This document shows, piece after piece, positions 53,475 to 64,000 of a DNA stretch of 64,000 nt; position 1 is the first letter of the stretch, and every line of letters starts with the position of its first letter. Origin of the DNA: an uncultured Pseudomonadota bacterium (lineage in GTDB: Bacteria; Oederibacteriota; Muellerivitia; Muellerivitales; Muellerivitaceae). A program made the position numbers and the translations under genes. Below the pieces are notes generated by a model. It saw only the letters and a list, made by a program, of their open reading frames with translations. It did not search any database and was not told the origin of the DNA. The stretch covers positions 288,001 to 352,000 of the forward strand of contig CAWJKT010000006.1 of NCBI GenBank assembly GCA_963843375.1, written 5' to 3'.

Positions 53475-54546
53475 CTATTTCACTTCCCGGACGACAGCGT
53501 CTCCTATTTCTTTGCAGGATACCGCTTTCTCGCCCCCTTTGACCAAATCCGCAGTGCGAAGCCCGGCATTCAGAACTTTTTCAACCGCCTTCTCCACGGC
53601 TTGGGCTTCATTTAGACGCTTGAAACTGTATTGAAGCATCATGGCCACCGATAAAATCATGGCCAGGGGATTGGCCTTGCCCGTGCCCGCGATATCCGGG
53701 GCTGAGCCGTGGGAAGGCTCATAAAGGCCGACCTTTCCCCCAAGGGAAGCCGAGGGCAGCATCCCCAGGGATCCGGTGAGCATGGAGGCCTCGTCCGAAA
53801 GGATATCGCCGAACATATTGGTGGTCACCATAACGTCGAAGGACTTGGGCTTGAGAATGAGTTGCATGGCCGCGTTATCCACGATCTGGTGCTCAAAAGC
53901 CACGTCCGGGTTTTTTTTCGATACTTCCTCGGCCACGTCATGCCAAAGCCGGGAGGATTCCAGTACGTTGAATTTGTCCACGCTGGTCACTTTTTTGCGG
54001 CGAAGCTTGGCCAGTTCAAAGGCCAGCCCCACGATGCGCTCCACTTCGGGGGTGCGGTAGATTTCGGTGTTGACCCCATAACGGTCCTTCCCTTCCCCGA
54101 AGATGCCCCGGGGTTCGCCGAAGTAGATGCCCGAGATCAGTTCCCGCACGATCAGCATGTCCACGCCGTCGATCACCTCTGCCTTCAGGGTCGAGGCATC
54201 CTTGAGAGCGTCAAATAGTTTCACCGGGCGCAGGTTGGCGTAAAGGTCCAGTCCCTTGCGCAGGCCCAGGATGCCGGCCTCGGGGCGCTTTTTGTTCTCC
54301 AATCTTGTCCCACTTGGGGCCGCCCATAGGCGCTTTCAGTACCGCCTGGGCAGCCTGGCAGGCTTTCAAGGTGTGGTCGGGCAGGGGGGTATCATACTTG
54401 TCGATGGCGATGCCGCCCGCGTCCTGGGATTCGTATTCGAATTTGTGGCCGAACACTTCTCCAACCCGGTTCAGAACCTTTTTCGATTCCTCGCAGATTT
54501 CGGGCCCTATACCGTCTCCGGCGAGAACAACAATGTGGAAGTTCAT
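53475..54546 (-). CDS. leuB: 3-isopropylmalate dehydrogenase (frameshift ~54300)
   Basis: [36 protein letters not shown]. Confidence 0.96.
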
Positions 54547-54742
54547 AATTCCAGTTTTCCTTTTATTTTAGAAGGATTTCTAAATATATAGTTCGGGTAG
54601 TTTAACCGAGCGATTAGAGGATAACAAACGAAGGATAAAACATAATCGGTTTATAAAACCTTACCATTGTGGAAAAGAACATAAGAATTAGAATAATGTC
54701 GGCGTATTTATCTAATAGAAAAATATCGAAAAGGATTCAAGT

Positions 54743-55723
54743 ATGTTTAAATTGTTATGGAAGACCTCTGTTTTTATTTTAATTTTAGTGTTCGCCGGAA
54801 CTCCGGCTCGCGCGGGCGATGTTAAGGTGATCAAGGTTTTTGTCATTAAAACAATCAAATTGAATAAAACTTCATCGGTGCTTTATTCCAATCCAAACCT
54901 TGATAGCCTTGAAATCAGCGTGCCCACCGACGACGAAATGAAAGCCGCACGTCAGGCTATTGAAGCCATGAACATCAAACCGGATAACTTGCCCGAAGAG
55001 GGCAATTTCTTTACCTTGGAAACCTTCATGTTCCAAGTCAAAAGAGCTCTGCCGGAACTAATAGGAAAAGAGGCGATCGACGTAAACGGGATTCCCGTTG
55101 AAAAATCCACTGATGACGATTTGGATAAACAACGGGAACTTTTGAAAACCCTTAGAGGGTTCATGCATTTTTTCGACCCTTTTGAGCTTCAACTCGCGCT
55201 CGGAGGGGGGGTTCCCCTGACCTACGACCTGGCCCATTCCTATCATGACTGCTTCAGTATCACCTTCGGGTTGGGATATCAATTTTCCCGTAATTTCTCA
55301 TTGCTTCTCAACCTCGATGGAAATTTATTCAATTCCAGCAACGACGGGCTCAACCAGGGCTTTAGTCTGCAGGAAGGGATCGTAGAACTTTTGGGTAAAT
55401 TTCGATTTGCCTCCAAAAATGTTCGGCCTTATATTTTTGCCGGGCAGGCGATCGGGTTCAGTGATTTTACTTACAATTTCTCAAACAATTCAAACTACAA
55501 CAACTTGAGTGTTTACAATTATGGAAGCACTATGCTTTCGGATCGGGGGCATTTCGAGGTCGTAGGAGGACTGGGCATTGAGATTCCGATCACCACCTAT
55601 CACTTGTTCATCCAAGCCGAGGTGATCGATGATTTTGTGGGTTCGAATGTTTCAAATTTCGCCACTCTTGACCAGCCGATAATTTTCATGCCGATCGAAG
55701 CTGGGATCGTATTCGGACAATAG
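54743..55723 (+). CDS. Secreted protein with C-terminal outer-membrane beta-barrel-like domain
   Basis: Signal peptide; alternating beta-strands (FGLGYQF, RPYIFAG, IEAGIVF). Confidence 0.65.
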   Translation: MFKLLWKTSVFILILVFAGTPARAGDVKVIKVFVIKTIKLNKTSSVLYSNPNLDSLEISVPTDDEMKAARQAIEAMNIKPDNLPEEGNFFTLETFMFQVKRALPELIGKEAIDVNGIPVEKSTDDDLDKQRELLKTLRGFMHFFDPFELQLALGGGVPLTYDLAHSYHDCFSITFGLGYQFSRNFSLLLNLDGNLFNSSNDGLNQGFSLQEGIVELLGKFRFASKNVRPYIFAGQAIGFSDFTYNFSNNSNYNNLSVYNYGSTMLSDRGHFEVVGGLGIEIPITTYHLFIQAEVIDDFVGSNVSNFATLDQPIIFMPIEAGIVFGQ

Positions 55724-55755
55724 CCGAAAGCATTACTATCTGTCGTTCAAACAGA

Positions 55756-57333
55756 TTAAAGTTTCAAACCCTTCAAGGCTTCGAAGGCGGCTTTTGCGCT
55801 TTTCTCGTGGTGCTTGAGCAGAAGTTTGTTCACGCCGTTCAAATAGGCCTTGGCCGAGGCCTCGATGACGTCGGTAGAAACGCCCCGGCCATGAGCTTCA
55901 TCCCCGTTGGTTGTAACGGTCACTGTCACTTCACCCTGGGCGTCCCGGCCCTGGGTGAGGGCTTTCAAGGTATAATTTTCCAGCTTACCCTTGAAGCCAG
56001 TGGCCCGGTCGATGGCGTTGAACACCGCGTCCACGGGCCCGTCACCGGTAGCCGCTTCCTGAGTTTCCACCTCCCCCTTTTTGAGCTTAAGGGTGGCCGT
56101 GGGCAGGGTCGTGGTCCCCGCGGAAGTATGAAGATATGTCATCTGAAAGACATCCGGGGAGGCGGCGATCTTTTCTTCGATCAGCGCTTCGATGTCCTCT
56201 TCATAAACGCTCTTTTTCTTGTCCGCCAGGTCCTTGAACTTGGCGAAGAGGCCGTCAACAACTTCGTCCCCCAGATTGTAACCCAAGTCTTCCAACCGTT
56301 TTTTGAAAGCGTGCCGACCCGAATGCTTACCCATGACGAGCCGGCTTTCGGGCACACCGATTTCCTGAGGCGTCATAATTTCGTAGGTCTGGCGGTATTT
56401 CAGCATCCCATCCTGGTGAATGCCGCTCTCATGGGCGAAGGCGTTATTGCCCACGATGGCCTTATTGGGCTGGATCATGAAGCCCGTCAGGCTGGAGACC
56501 AGGCGGCTGGTCTTGTAGATTTCCTGCGTCTTGACGCCGGTCTGGAAGGGATAAAGGTCATGCCGGGTTTTCAGGACCATGACGATTTCCTCCAGGCTGG
56601 CGTTGCCCGCCCTTTCCCCGATGCCGTTGATAGTGCATTCCACCTGCCGGGCTCCACTGCGGATGGCCGAGAGGGAGTTGGCGACAGCAAGACCCAGGTC
56701 GTTGTGACAATGCACTGAGATGACGGCCTTGTTGATGTTAGGTACCCGGTTTTTGAGGGTGGCCACCATATGGCCATATTCGGTTGGAATGGCGTAACCC
56801 ACCGTGTCGGGCACATTGACCGTTGTGGCCCCGGCCTTGATGGCGGCCTCGACCATCCGGCAGAGGTAATCCAGGTCGGAACGGGAGGCGTCCTGCGCAG
56901 AGAATTCCACGTCGTCGCTAAATTTGCGAGCATACTTCACTGCGTCCACCGCCGCAGCCAGCGCTTCTTCCCTGGTTTTTCGGAAGATGTACTTGAGATG
57001 GATTTCGGAGGAGGAGATGAAGACATGGATGCGCTGGCGCTTGGCGCTCTTGAGGGCCTTCGCGCAGGCATCGATGTCTTTTCGCATGGCCCGGCAGAGA
57101 CCGGCGATGACGGCTTTTTTCAGATTTTTGGATATTTTCTGCACCGCTTCGAAATCGCCCGGCGAAGCAGCCGGGAAACCCGCCTCGATAATGTCCACGC
57201 CCAGCTTTTCCAGTTGGACGGCAACTTTCATTTTTTCCTCGGTATTCAGGCTCGCCCCGGGAGCCTGTTCCCCGTCACGCAGGGTGGTGTCAAAAATATA
57301 TACCCGGTCATTTTCGCTGTTGTTGGTTTTCAT
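55756..57333 (-). CDS. leuA: 2-isopropylmalate synthase
   Basis: DTTLRDGEQ, HCHNDLG, GERAGNA, HESGIHQDG, GDGPVDA. Confidence 0.97.
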   Translation of the reverse strand: MKTNNSENDRVYIFDTTLRDGEQAPGASLNTEEKMKVAVQLEKLGVDIIEAGFPAASPGDFEAVQKISKNLKKAVIAGLCRAMRKDIDACAKALKSAKRQRIHVFISSSEIHLKYIFRKTREEALAAAVDAVKYARKFSDDVEFSAQDASRSDLDYLCRMVEAAIKAGATTVNVPDTVGYAIPTEYGHMVATLKNRVPNINKAVISVHCHNDLGLAVANSLSAIRSGARQVECTINGIGERAGNASLEEIVMVLKTRHDLYPFQTGVKTQEIYKTSRLVSSLTGFMIQPNKAIVGNNAFAHESGIHQDGMLKYRQTYEIMTPQEIGVPESRLVMGKHSGRHAFKKRLEDLGYNLGDEVVDGLFAKFKDLADKKKSVYEEDIEALIEEKIAASPDVFQMTYLHTSAGTTTLPTATLKLKKGEVETQEAATGDGPVDAVFNAIDRATGFKGKLENYTLKALTQGRDAQGEVTVTVTTNGDEAHGRGVSTDVIEASAKAYLNGVNKLLLKHHEKSAKAAFEALKGLKL

Positions 57334-57353
57334 GTTTATCTCCTAAAGGCTGT

Positions 57354-58241
57354 TTAAGGGTTGGTAAGAGGATTGAATTGCTTGGTTTTTTTGGGTTTCA
57401 ATTTTTCGACGCTTTTTTTAGTTAGAAATCCGATGATCCCCCACAAAAGATAGATCGTCAAAAGGGTAAAGGCCGTGAATTCGGCAGCCTTGATCAGCCA
57501 AAAAATCACTAAGCCGATAAAGGCTAGGGTCCAAGGCTTGATGGATTCCAGTTTCAGCTTTTTCAAGCTGGGATAGGGGATGGTGGAAATCATCACCAGA
57601 GCGATGACCACGGTAAGGACTGGGATTCCGTAAAGTTCGATATAACTCAGATTCTCCTCGTACCATCCCATGACTTTGTTCATGAAAATACCTTTTCCAT
57701 ACCAGCCTTCCCAACGGGAAAGGAGGATGTAGCTTGCCAGAATGCCCGCCGCAGCGGGGCTGGGCAAGCCCATGAAATGGCTTTTTTCCTCCACTTGGGC
57801 TTGGACATTGAAACGCGCAAGACGGATGGCGGCGCAAACCACGTAAAACACCGTAATGGAAATACCCCAAACGTTCAGGTAACGCAGGACGGATAAATAA
57901 ATGAGTATCGCTGGCGCCATGCCGAAACTCACCAGGTCGGAGAGACTGTCAAATTCCATACCAAACTTGCTGGTCGTTCCCGTGGCCCGGGCCACCATCC
58001 CGTCGAAAAAATCCGCGAAGGTGGCGATGATGATGAGTTCGGCCGAGAGCACGAATGGAATGGTGTTGGTTTCAGCCGCCAGGGAAAGGGTCAGGGAATC
58101 GTTGATGCCATAAGCGATAGCCAGAATACCCAGGACCATATTTCCCGCCGTAAAGAGGTTCGGAAGCAGGTAAATGGTCTTGCGCAGCCTGGACTTGGCC
58201 GGTTTTCCCTCATTTTCTTGTTTATATTTTAAAGCTACCAT
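57354..58241 (-). CDS. pssA: CDP-diacylglycerol--serine O-phosphatidyltransferase
   Basis: LPNLFT, DGMVAR, DSLSDLVSFG, RLARFN. Confidence 0.93.
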   Translation of the reverse strand: MVALKYKQENEGKPAKSRLRKTIYLLPNLFTAGNMVLGILAIAYGINDSLTLSLAAETNTIPFVLSAELIIIATFADFFDGMVARATGTTSKFGMEFDSLSDLVSFGMAPAILIYLSVLRYLNVWGISITVFYVVCAAIRLARFNVQAQVEEKSHFMGLPSPAAAGILASYILLSRWEGWYGKGIFMNKVMGWYEENLSYIELYGIPVLTVVIALVMISTIPYPSLKKLKLESIKPWTLAFIGLVIFWLIKAAEFTAFTLLTIYLLWGIIGFLTKKSVEKLKPKKTKQFNPLTNP

Positions 58242-58922
58242 TACAGTTCTCCGATTACGGTTACACCCGCACGAACCTGGTCTCCCAGTTTGACAGCCGG
58301 CTTGAATCCCTGGGGGAGGAAAAGATCAACCCGCGACCCCAAAAGGATTCGTCCGATTCTTTTGCCCCGCTCAATCACATCACCTTTTTCCGGCGTGGTC
58401 TTGACCCGCCGGCATAACAAACCGGCGATTTGCTTAAGAACCAACCGGCCCATGGTTTTCCCCTTCTTATCCGATCCTTTCAAATCAACGACCAAATGTG
58501 CCTGTTCGTTGACCAAATCGGCCTTGTCGTCATAGGCCGCCAAGAACTTCCCGGGGTGGTAGACCTTCTTCACCACTTTGCCGTCATAAGGCGCCCGCTG
58601 GACATGGTTATTCAATGGATTCATGAAGATGGCGATATGGACCGAGGTTTTTTTCAGGTAAAACTTTTCCTTCGCCTTCCCCAAAACCACCACCTTGCCA
58701 TCCGCCGGGCTCAAAACCTCTTTGGGTTTGAGAACCCGGGTCGGGACGCCTCTCGAAATCCCTGAAAAAATTCAGGATCAGGGCGGCAACCACGAGGACC
58801 GCAATTCCCAGTATTTCCAATACCCAACCGCCCCCATGGGCCCCAAAAAGCAGTAAAACCCATCCCGCTATTAAAGCGGGAAGAAACATGCTCCAGGTTT
58901 CCGGCATGAAGGGCATTTTCAT
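58241..58922 (-). CDS. psd: Phosphatidylserine decarboxylase (frameshift ~58730)
   Basis: FFRD, SPADG, IFM..NHVQRAP, QIAG, GSRVD cleavage site. Confidence 0.92.
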
Positions 58923-59911
58923 TTATTTTTTCATCCAGCTGAACATGCTGCGCACTTGTTTGCCAACTTTTTCGACGATGTGTTCTGAATCTAGTTTCAA
59001 CACCGAATTGTAAACCGGACGGTTGGCCTGGTTTTCCAGCACGAATTCCCGGGCGAACATCCCGGTCTGGATTTCGCTGAGGATGCGGCGCATTTCGTTG
59101 CGGGTTTGCTCAGTGATGATGCGGCGTCCCCGGGTGATGTCGCCGTACTTGGCGGTGGTGGAGATGGCCTCCCTCATTCCTGTGATGCCCTTCTCGTAAA
59201 TCAAATCGACGATGAGCTTGACCTCGTGTAGGCACTCGAAATAAGCCACCTCGGGTTGGTAGCCCGCGGCCACCAGGGTGTCGAAACCTGCGCGGATCAA
59301 TTCGGAAAGCCCACCGCAAAGGACCACCTGTTCCCCGAAGAGGTCGGTCTCGGTTTCTTCTTTGAAGGTTGTTTCCAAAACCCCGGCGCGGGTGGCGCCG
59401 ATGGCCTTGCCATAAGCCAGGGCCAGTTTCAGGGCGTTGCCCGTGGCGTTTTGCTGAATGGCGACCAGGGCCGGAACCCCCTTGCCTTCCAGATAGGTCG
59501 TGCGGACCAAATGGCCCGGACCCTTGGGGGCGATCATGAACACGTCCACGTCCGCCGGGGGCACGATCTGGCCGAAATGGATGTTGAACCCGTGAGAGAA
59601 CATCAGGGCCTTGCCGCCTTCAAGGACGGCAGTACGTCGTTCTTATAGAGGGAACCCTGCAGGTCATCCTGGATGAGGATCTGGATGATATCGGCCTTGG
59701 CGGCGGCTTCCTTGGAATCAAAAGCCTCGAAGCCGTCGGCTTTGGCCTGGGCCTTGGTCTTATCGGAACGGGTCCCGATGACCACCTTGATCCCCGAATC
59801 CTTCAGGTTCAGGGCCTGGTTGCGGCCCTGGTTGCCATAGCCGAGAACGGCCAGGGTCTTTCCTTTCAGTGCATTCATATCGGCGTCCTGCTCGTAGTAA
59901 ATCTTAGCCAT
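58923..59911 (-). CDS. ilvC: Ketol-acid reductoisomerase (frameshift ~59615)
   Basis: [35 protein letters not shown]. Confidence 0.96.
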
Positions 59912-59981
59912 TTCCGTCTCCTTGTGTTTTAATTCTTTTAGGATTGCTGCCAACTGGAAGCAATTAGCTGTTAACTGTTTA

Positions 59982-60523
59982 TTAAAGGTTGGATTGCCCC
60001 GCTTTTCCCGCCTTGACCTTCACTTTCTTCTCTTCTTCTTCATGGACTTTCTTGCCCCGGGAAATCGCCACTTCGCCGGTGCGGACCAGTTCCAAAATGC
60101 CATAATTCCTCAAGAGTTCGACCATGGCGTTGATTTTGCTTTCCTTGCCCGTGACCTCAATGATGAAGCTTTTCAGGGCCACGTCCACGATCTTGCCGTC
60201 AAAACATTGGACGATTTCCATGACCTGGCTTCGCGTATGGGCTCGGCCTTGACCTTGATCAGGGCCAGGTCCCGGCCGATGAAATCCTCGTGGGTCAGGT
60301 CGACGACCTTGATGACGTCGATCAGCTTGTTCAGCTGCTTTTCCACCTGGTCGATGATCCGATCGTCGCCCTTGACCACGATAGTGATCCTGGAAATTTT
60401 CGGGTCATCCGTCACGCCCACCACCAGGCTGTCGATGTTGTAGCCCCGGGCCGAAAAGAGGTTGGAAACGCGGGACAAAACCCCCGCGTGGTTATTCACT
60501 AAAACTGAAATCGTGTGTCGCAT
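59982..60523 (-). CDS. ilvN: Acetolactate synthase small subunit (frameshift ~60235)
   Basis: [33 protein letters not shown]. Confidence 0.95.
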
Positions 60524-60538
60524 AAAGTTGCCTTTCTG

Positions 60539-62304
60539 TTAAAGGTGGACTTGGGTTGCTTTTTTGGGGCCCTTTTGGGCCCGGGCTTCCATCACTTTTT
60601 CAATTTGATGCGCCTTGGAAAGGACGATGTCCTTCACCGCCCCGCCCGCCGGGACCATGGGATAAACATGCTCTTCGGCGTCCACGACCACATCCACGAT
60701 GCAGGGACCCTTTTTGGTCAGGGCTTCTTCCAGGACCTTGGTCGTATCCTTCGGCGTCTCGGCCCGGTAGCCGGCGATGCCGTAGGCTTCGGCCAGTTTC
60801 ACGAAATCGGGCTGGGCCGGAATCGAAGTGGAGGCGTAGCGCTTGTCGAAGAACAAGTCCTGCCACTGCTTGACCATGCCCATGAACTTGTTGTTGATGA
60901 TAATGACCTTCACGTTGAGTTCGTATTCCTTGACGATGGCCAGTTCCTGCAGGGTCATCTGGAAGCTCCCGTCCCCCGCGATATCCACGACCGTGGCGCC
61001 GGGGTGGGCGAAGGCCGCCCCAATGGCCGCCGGAAAACCAAAGCCCATGGTTCCCAAACCTCCCGAGGTCAGCCAGCGGCGGGGCTTGTTGAACTTGTAA
61101 TATTGGGCCGCCCACATTTGGTGCTGGCCCACTTCGGTGGCCACGTAGGCCTCTCCCTTGGTGATGCGGTAGATCTCGTCGATGGCGAATTGGGGTAGGA
61201 CCGGACCCTTAGGGTCCTGTTTGATATCCCAAGGGATGCTTGGCGTGCCAACCGTCCAGTTCCTCGTACCAGGCCTCGTATTCCTTAGAACCCACCTTCT
61301 TGGTCAGGTCTTTCAGAATGAAGCGCATGTCCCCTAGCACATGGGCGTCCACCTTCACATTTTTGCCGATGGAAGTCGGGTCCACGTCGATATGGGCCTT
61401 TTTGGAATGGGGCGAGAACTCGCTCAGCTTGCCTGTCACCCGGTCGTCGAACCGGCTTCCAATGGCCATCAGGAGGTCGCAATGGGTCAGGGCCATGTTG
61501 GCGCGGTAGGAACCGTGCATTCCCAGCATGTCGATGAATTGCCGGTCGGTGGCCGGATAGGCGCCCAAGCCCATCAGGGTCAGGGTGACAGGGATATTGG
61601 TTTTACGGGCGAACTTATAGAGTTCTTCCGAAGCCCCGGCGTTGACCACCCCGCCGCCAGCGTAAATCAGGGGCCGCTTGGCGTGGTTGATCAACTCGGC
61701 GATCTTGTCGATCTGATGGATGTCGGGCGTGGGGACGAACTTGGAAAGAGGTATGGAAGCCTTGTCCGGGATTTCCACTTCCGCAGAAGCTGCGGCGATG
61801 TCCTTGGGGATATCGACCAAAACGGGCCCGGGCCTTCCCGAACGGGCAATGAAGAAGGCGTCCCGCATGATCTGCGGCAGTTCCTGGATGTTCTTAACCA
61901 GGTAATTGTGTTTGGTGCAGGACCGGGTGATGCCCACCACGTCAGCTTCCTGGAAACCGTCGGTCCCAATGAGGGAAGTCGGCACTTGGCCCGTGATGGC
62001 CACCAGAGGAACCGAATCCATATAAGCGTCGGCCAGGCCGGTCACGATGTTGGTGGCACCGGGCCCGGAGGTCACCACGCAAACGCCCACTTTGCCGGTG
62101 GACTTGGCGAAACCTTCCGCCATATGGACCGCGCCTTGTTCGTGGCGGGTGTCTATGAGTTTGATTTTGTCCCGGTTCAAGTATAGGGCGTCGTACACGG
62201 GCAATATGGCCCCGCCCGTCACCCCCCAAGCTATGGTCACGCCTTCATCCATGCAGCACATCGACGATCATTTGGGCGCCGGTTTTGAGTTTAGTTTTTG
62301 CCAT
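60539..62304 (-). CDS. ilvB: Acetolactate synthase large subunit (frameshifts ~62255 and ~61220)
   Basis: [29 protein letters not shown]. Confidence 0.96.
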
Positions 62305-62476
62305 CGTTATCTCCCTTAAAGTTCCACACCTTATTTCGGGCGTGAAAGACTCAGATTTTACAATAATTACGGGCTTTTTCGAGGGTTAAACAGGATGAAA
62401 AAACATATCCAACCCGAAAAAAGCCTTATAAACCCATGTTTAGGGGAAGAATCGCTTCGGCGGGATTTACGCGGAT

Positions 62477-62521
62477 AAAAAAAAAGCCGCAGTGGCCCGT
62501 TTGAAGCGGGCCCCGCGGCTT
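62477..62521 (-). terminator. Attenuator terminator
   Basis: AAGCCGCGGGGCCCG-cttcaaa-CGGGCCACTGCGGC followed by T9 on the minus strand. Confidence 0.9.
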
Positions 62522-62532
62522 GGTAGCCGTCT

Positions 62533-62610
62533 TTAGGAGCGAACCGCCTCCGGACGCAATACGAGTACCAATACCAAAAGCACTAGGTTCATTGCGTTTC
62601 CGAAGGACAT
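62533..62610 (-). CDS. ilvB operon leader peptide (not in ORF track)
   Basis: GAGGAG RBS; MSFGNAMNLVLLVLVLVLRPEAVRS*; ten consecutive Leu/Val codons. Confidence 0.9.
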   Translation of the reverse strand: MSFGNAMNLVLLVLVLVLRPEAVRS

Positions 62611-62644
62611 GAAAAACTCCTCAAAAATTAACTGCTTGCGACAA

Positions 62645-62673
62645 ACTATACCAATGAGAAAAGCGATTGTCAA
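62645..62673 (-). promoter_or_regulatory. Sigma70 promoter of ilv leader
   Basis: TTGACA-17-TATAGT on the minus strand. Confidence 0.85.
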
Positions 62674-62692
62674 GCCGGGGAACTGTAAAGAC

Positions 62693-63391
62693 TTAACGAG
62701 CGAAAAAATGGATCAAACACCATATCAGGCCTAGGACAATTCCCCATGCCGCAAAGGAATTTTTAAAATCATCCCACCAGATCATCCCCTTGGTATCGGA
62801 CAAATAACGCCTAAACCGTCCTAAAAAATAAAGTAGAGGGGGTAAGAGAATCACCAAAATCACAGCCAGCAATACGGCTTGATTTTGTAACTCCTGGCGT
62901 TTCAACATTTTCAAAGCCAAAAACAGCGTGATCAAAACCATCATGGATTGAGCGATCCAGAAACTGACGTACTCCAAAAGATGGGGCGGCAATTGAAATA
63001 GGGTGGTTTGCCAGGACGAGTCCGTAATTAAAGTAGCATTATTTCCCTCCGGAAGTCTTGTTCCGCAACGGTAACAAAATTTGACCGTCTTCCCTTTGGA
63101 AAATAAGCTTTGATTCAAAATCGCGTGTTTATGCTGGCAGGATTGGACAATCCATCCAATCGAGATGGCGAACCAAACACTGAGGGCGATTTGAAGCAAT
63201 AACCCAATCCAAACAAATTGGTAATCAAAGTTGCTGGAAATCAACGTCAAGGACAGGTTCAAGAAAATGAACCAATACCAGGGTTCCAACACGCGAATAT
63301 GGCGAATGTCATCCGAAACCTCCAGGAAAAACCGCCAAGCCTTTGAGGTTAGCAGGATCAAGATGATCAAGAAGATAAAAGTGAGGATCAA
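62693..63391 (-). CDS. Hypothetical membrane protein with central CxxC (zinc-ribbon-like)
   Basis: About 6 TMs; CQHKH..FCYRCG. Confidence 0.7.
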   Translation of the reverse strand: MILTFIFLIILILLTSKAWRFFLEVSDDIRHIRVLEPWYWFIFLNLSLTLISSNFDYQFVWIGLLLQIALSVWFAISIGWIVQSCQHKHAILNQSLFSKGKTVKFCYRCGTRLPEGNNATLITDSSWQTTLFQLPPHLLEYVSFWIAQSMMVLITLFLALKMLKRQELQNQAVLLAVILVILLPPLLYFLGRFRRYLSDTKGMIWWDDFKNSFAAWGIVLGLIWCLIHFFAR

Positions 63392-63436
63392 TGAATTCCG
63401 CCTTTAATCAAAATATTTCGATGCAAGAATTAAACT

Positions 63437-64000
63437 CTAAAATTTACTTTCAAGATAAGAAATTGCGTCTTGAACGTTAGTGTAATTCGGTTTGGAGTTG
63501 GCCGCCATTAAATAGGCTTGCCGGGCTTCCCGGGGCTGATGGTTGAGAAGGTAAAAGTTCCCTAATTTGTAATATAAATTCGCGGTGGGATAACCCATTT
63601 CAACTGCCCGGCGGATAGCCTGAATATTGGGCCCAAAGTCGCCGCCGTAATGATACTGAGCCACCCATTCCCCAAAGCAAGACTCCAAAAAAGGATCACC
63701 GATCATCAAAGAAAGGCCTTCGGACAGTTTTTGAATCATCACTAAATATTGGCTTTGATCATTCATCGTGTTTTCGGACTGAACGCTTAATTGATGAAAA
63801 TATCGATGGGCCAGGGCCCATTTTGAAAAAGTTTCACGATTTTCAGGAGTCAGGGTGATGATTCCAACGGCCGATCCCCCGTCTTCGGTGCGATAAGGCG
63901 TAACACGGTACCATTGGGAGGCGGGAAAACGCCTGGATAAAAAAGGAACATAATGGACATTGGTTACCAGGCCGGCCCATTTGGCGTCATCGATGCGGAA
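63437..64000 (-). CDS. C-terminal part of a larger TPR-ending protein (runs off right edge)
   Basis: Frame is open upstream of 63766 (..SVQSENTMNDQ); C-terminal TPR (LYYKLGNFY). Confidence 0.7.
   Translation of the reverse strand, partial: FRIDDAKWAGLVTNVHYVPFLSRRFPASQWYRVTPYRTEDGGSAVGIITLTPENRETFSKWALAHRYFHQLSVQSENTMNDQSQYLVMIQKLSEGLSLMIGDPFLESCFGEWVAQYHYGGDFGPNIQAIRRAVEMGYPTANLYYKLGNFYLLNHQPREARQAYLMAANSKPNYTNVQDAISYLESKF

Noticed and set aside
55807..57357. Long plus-strand ORFs antisense to leuA (similar ones over gatB, ilvB, sufS, pcrA)
   Set aside because: Shadow ORFs of GC3-rich genes with no recognisable motifs.

Overview
Core-chromosomal region of a diderm bacterium (LolA-family protein, GT9, beta-barrel protein), roughly 50% GC by eye, with most genes on the minus strand. 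It holds glyQS, a cold-shock gene, an Rrf2-led SUF operon, ftsK-lolA-rodZ-yajQ-recO, a GH2 beta-glucuronidase cassette, gatCAB, pcrA, rplM-rpsI, speE, queF, a futalosine-type menaquinone cluster, truA, a DUF2723/TMEM260-like GT-C enzyme, tpx, an archaeal/eukaryotic-type asd, and ilvBNC-psd-pssA-leuA plus leuB. Many housekeeping genes are split by indels, mainly at 2-10 kb and 51-62 kb; these are most likely sequencing/assembly errors. I found no rRNA, tRNA, CRISPR array or mobile element, and no clearly new system. The best signals are a complete Leu/Val leader-peptide attenuator absent from the ORF track, upstream of an operon that also contains psd-pssA; a palindromic Rrf2 operator candidate; a secreted GH-A-like protein apparently lacking both catalytic glutamates; a candidate protein O-mannosylation system; and a hidden 42-aa basic ORF. 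All family calls come from motif recognition, not database searches.
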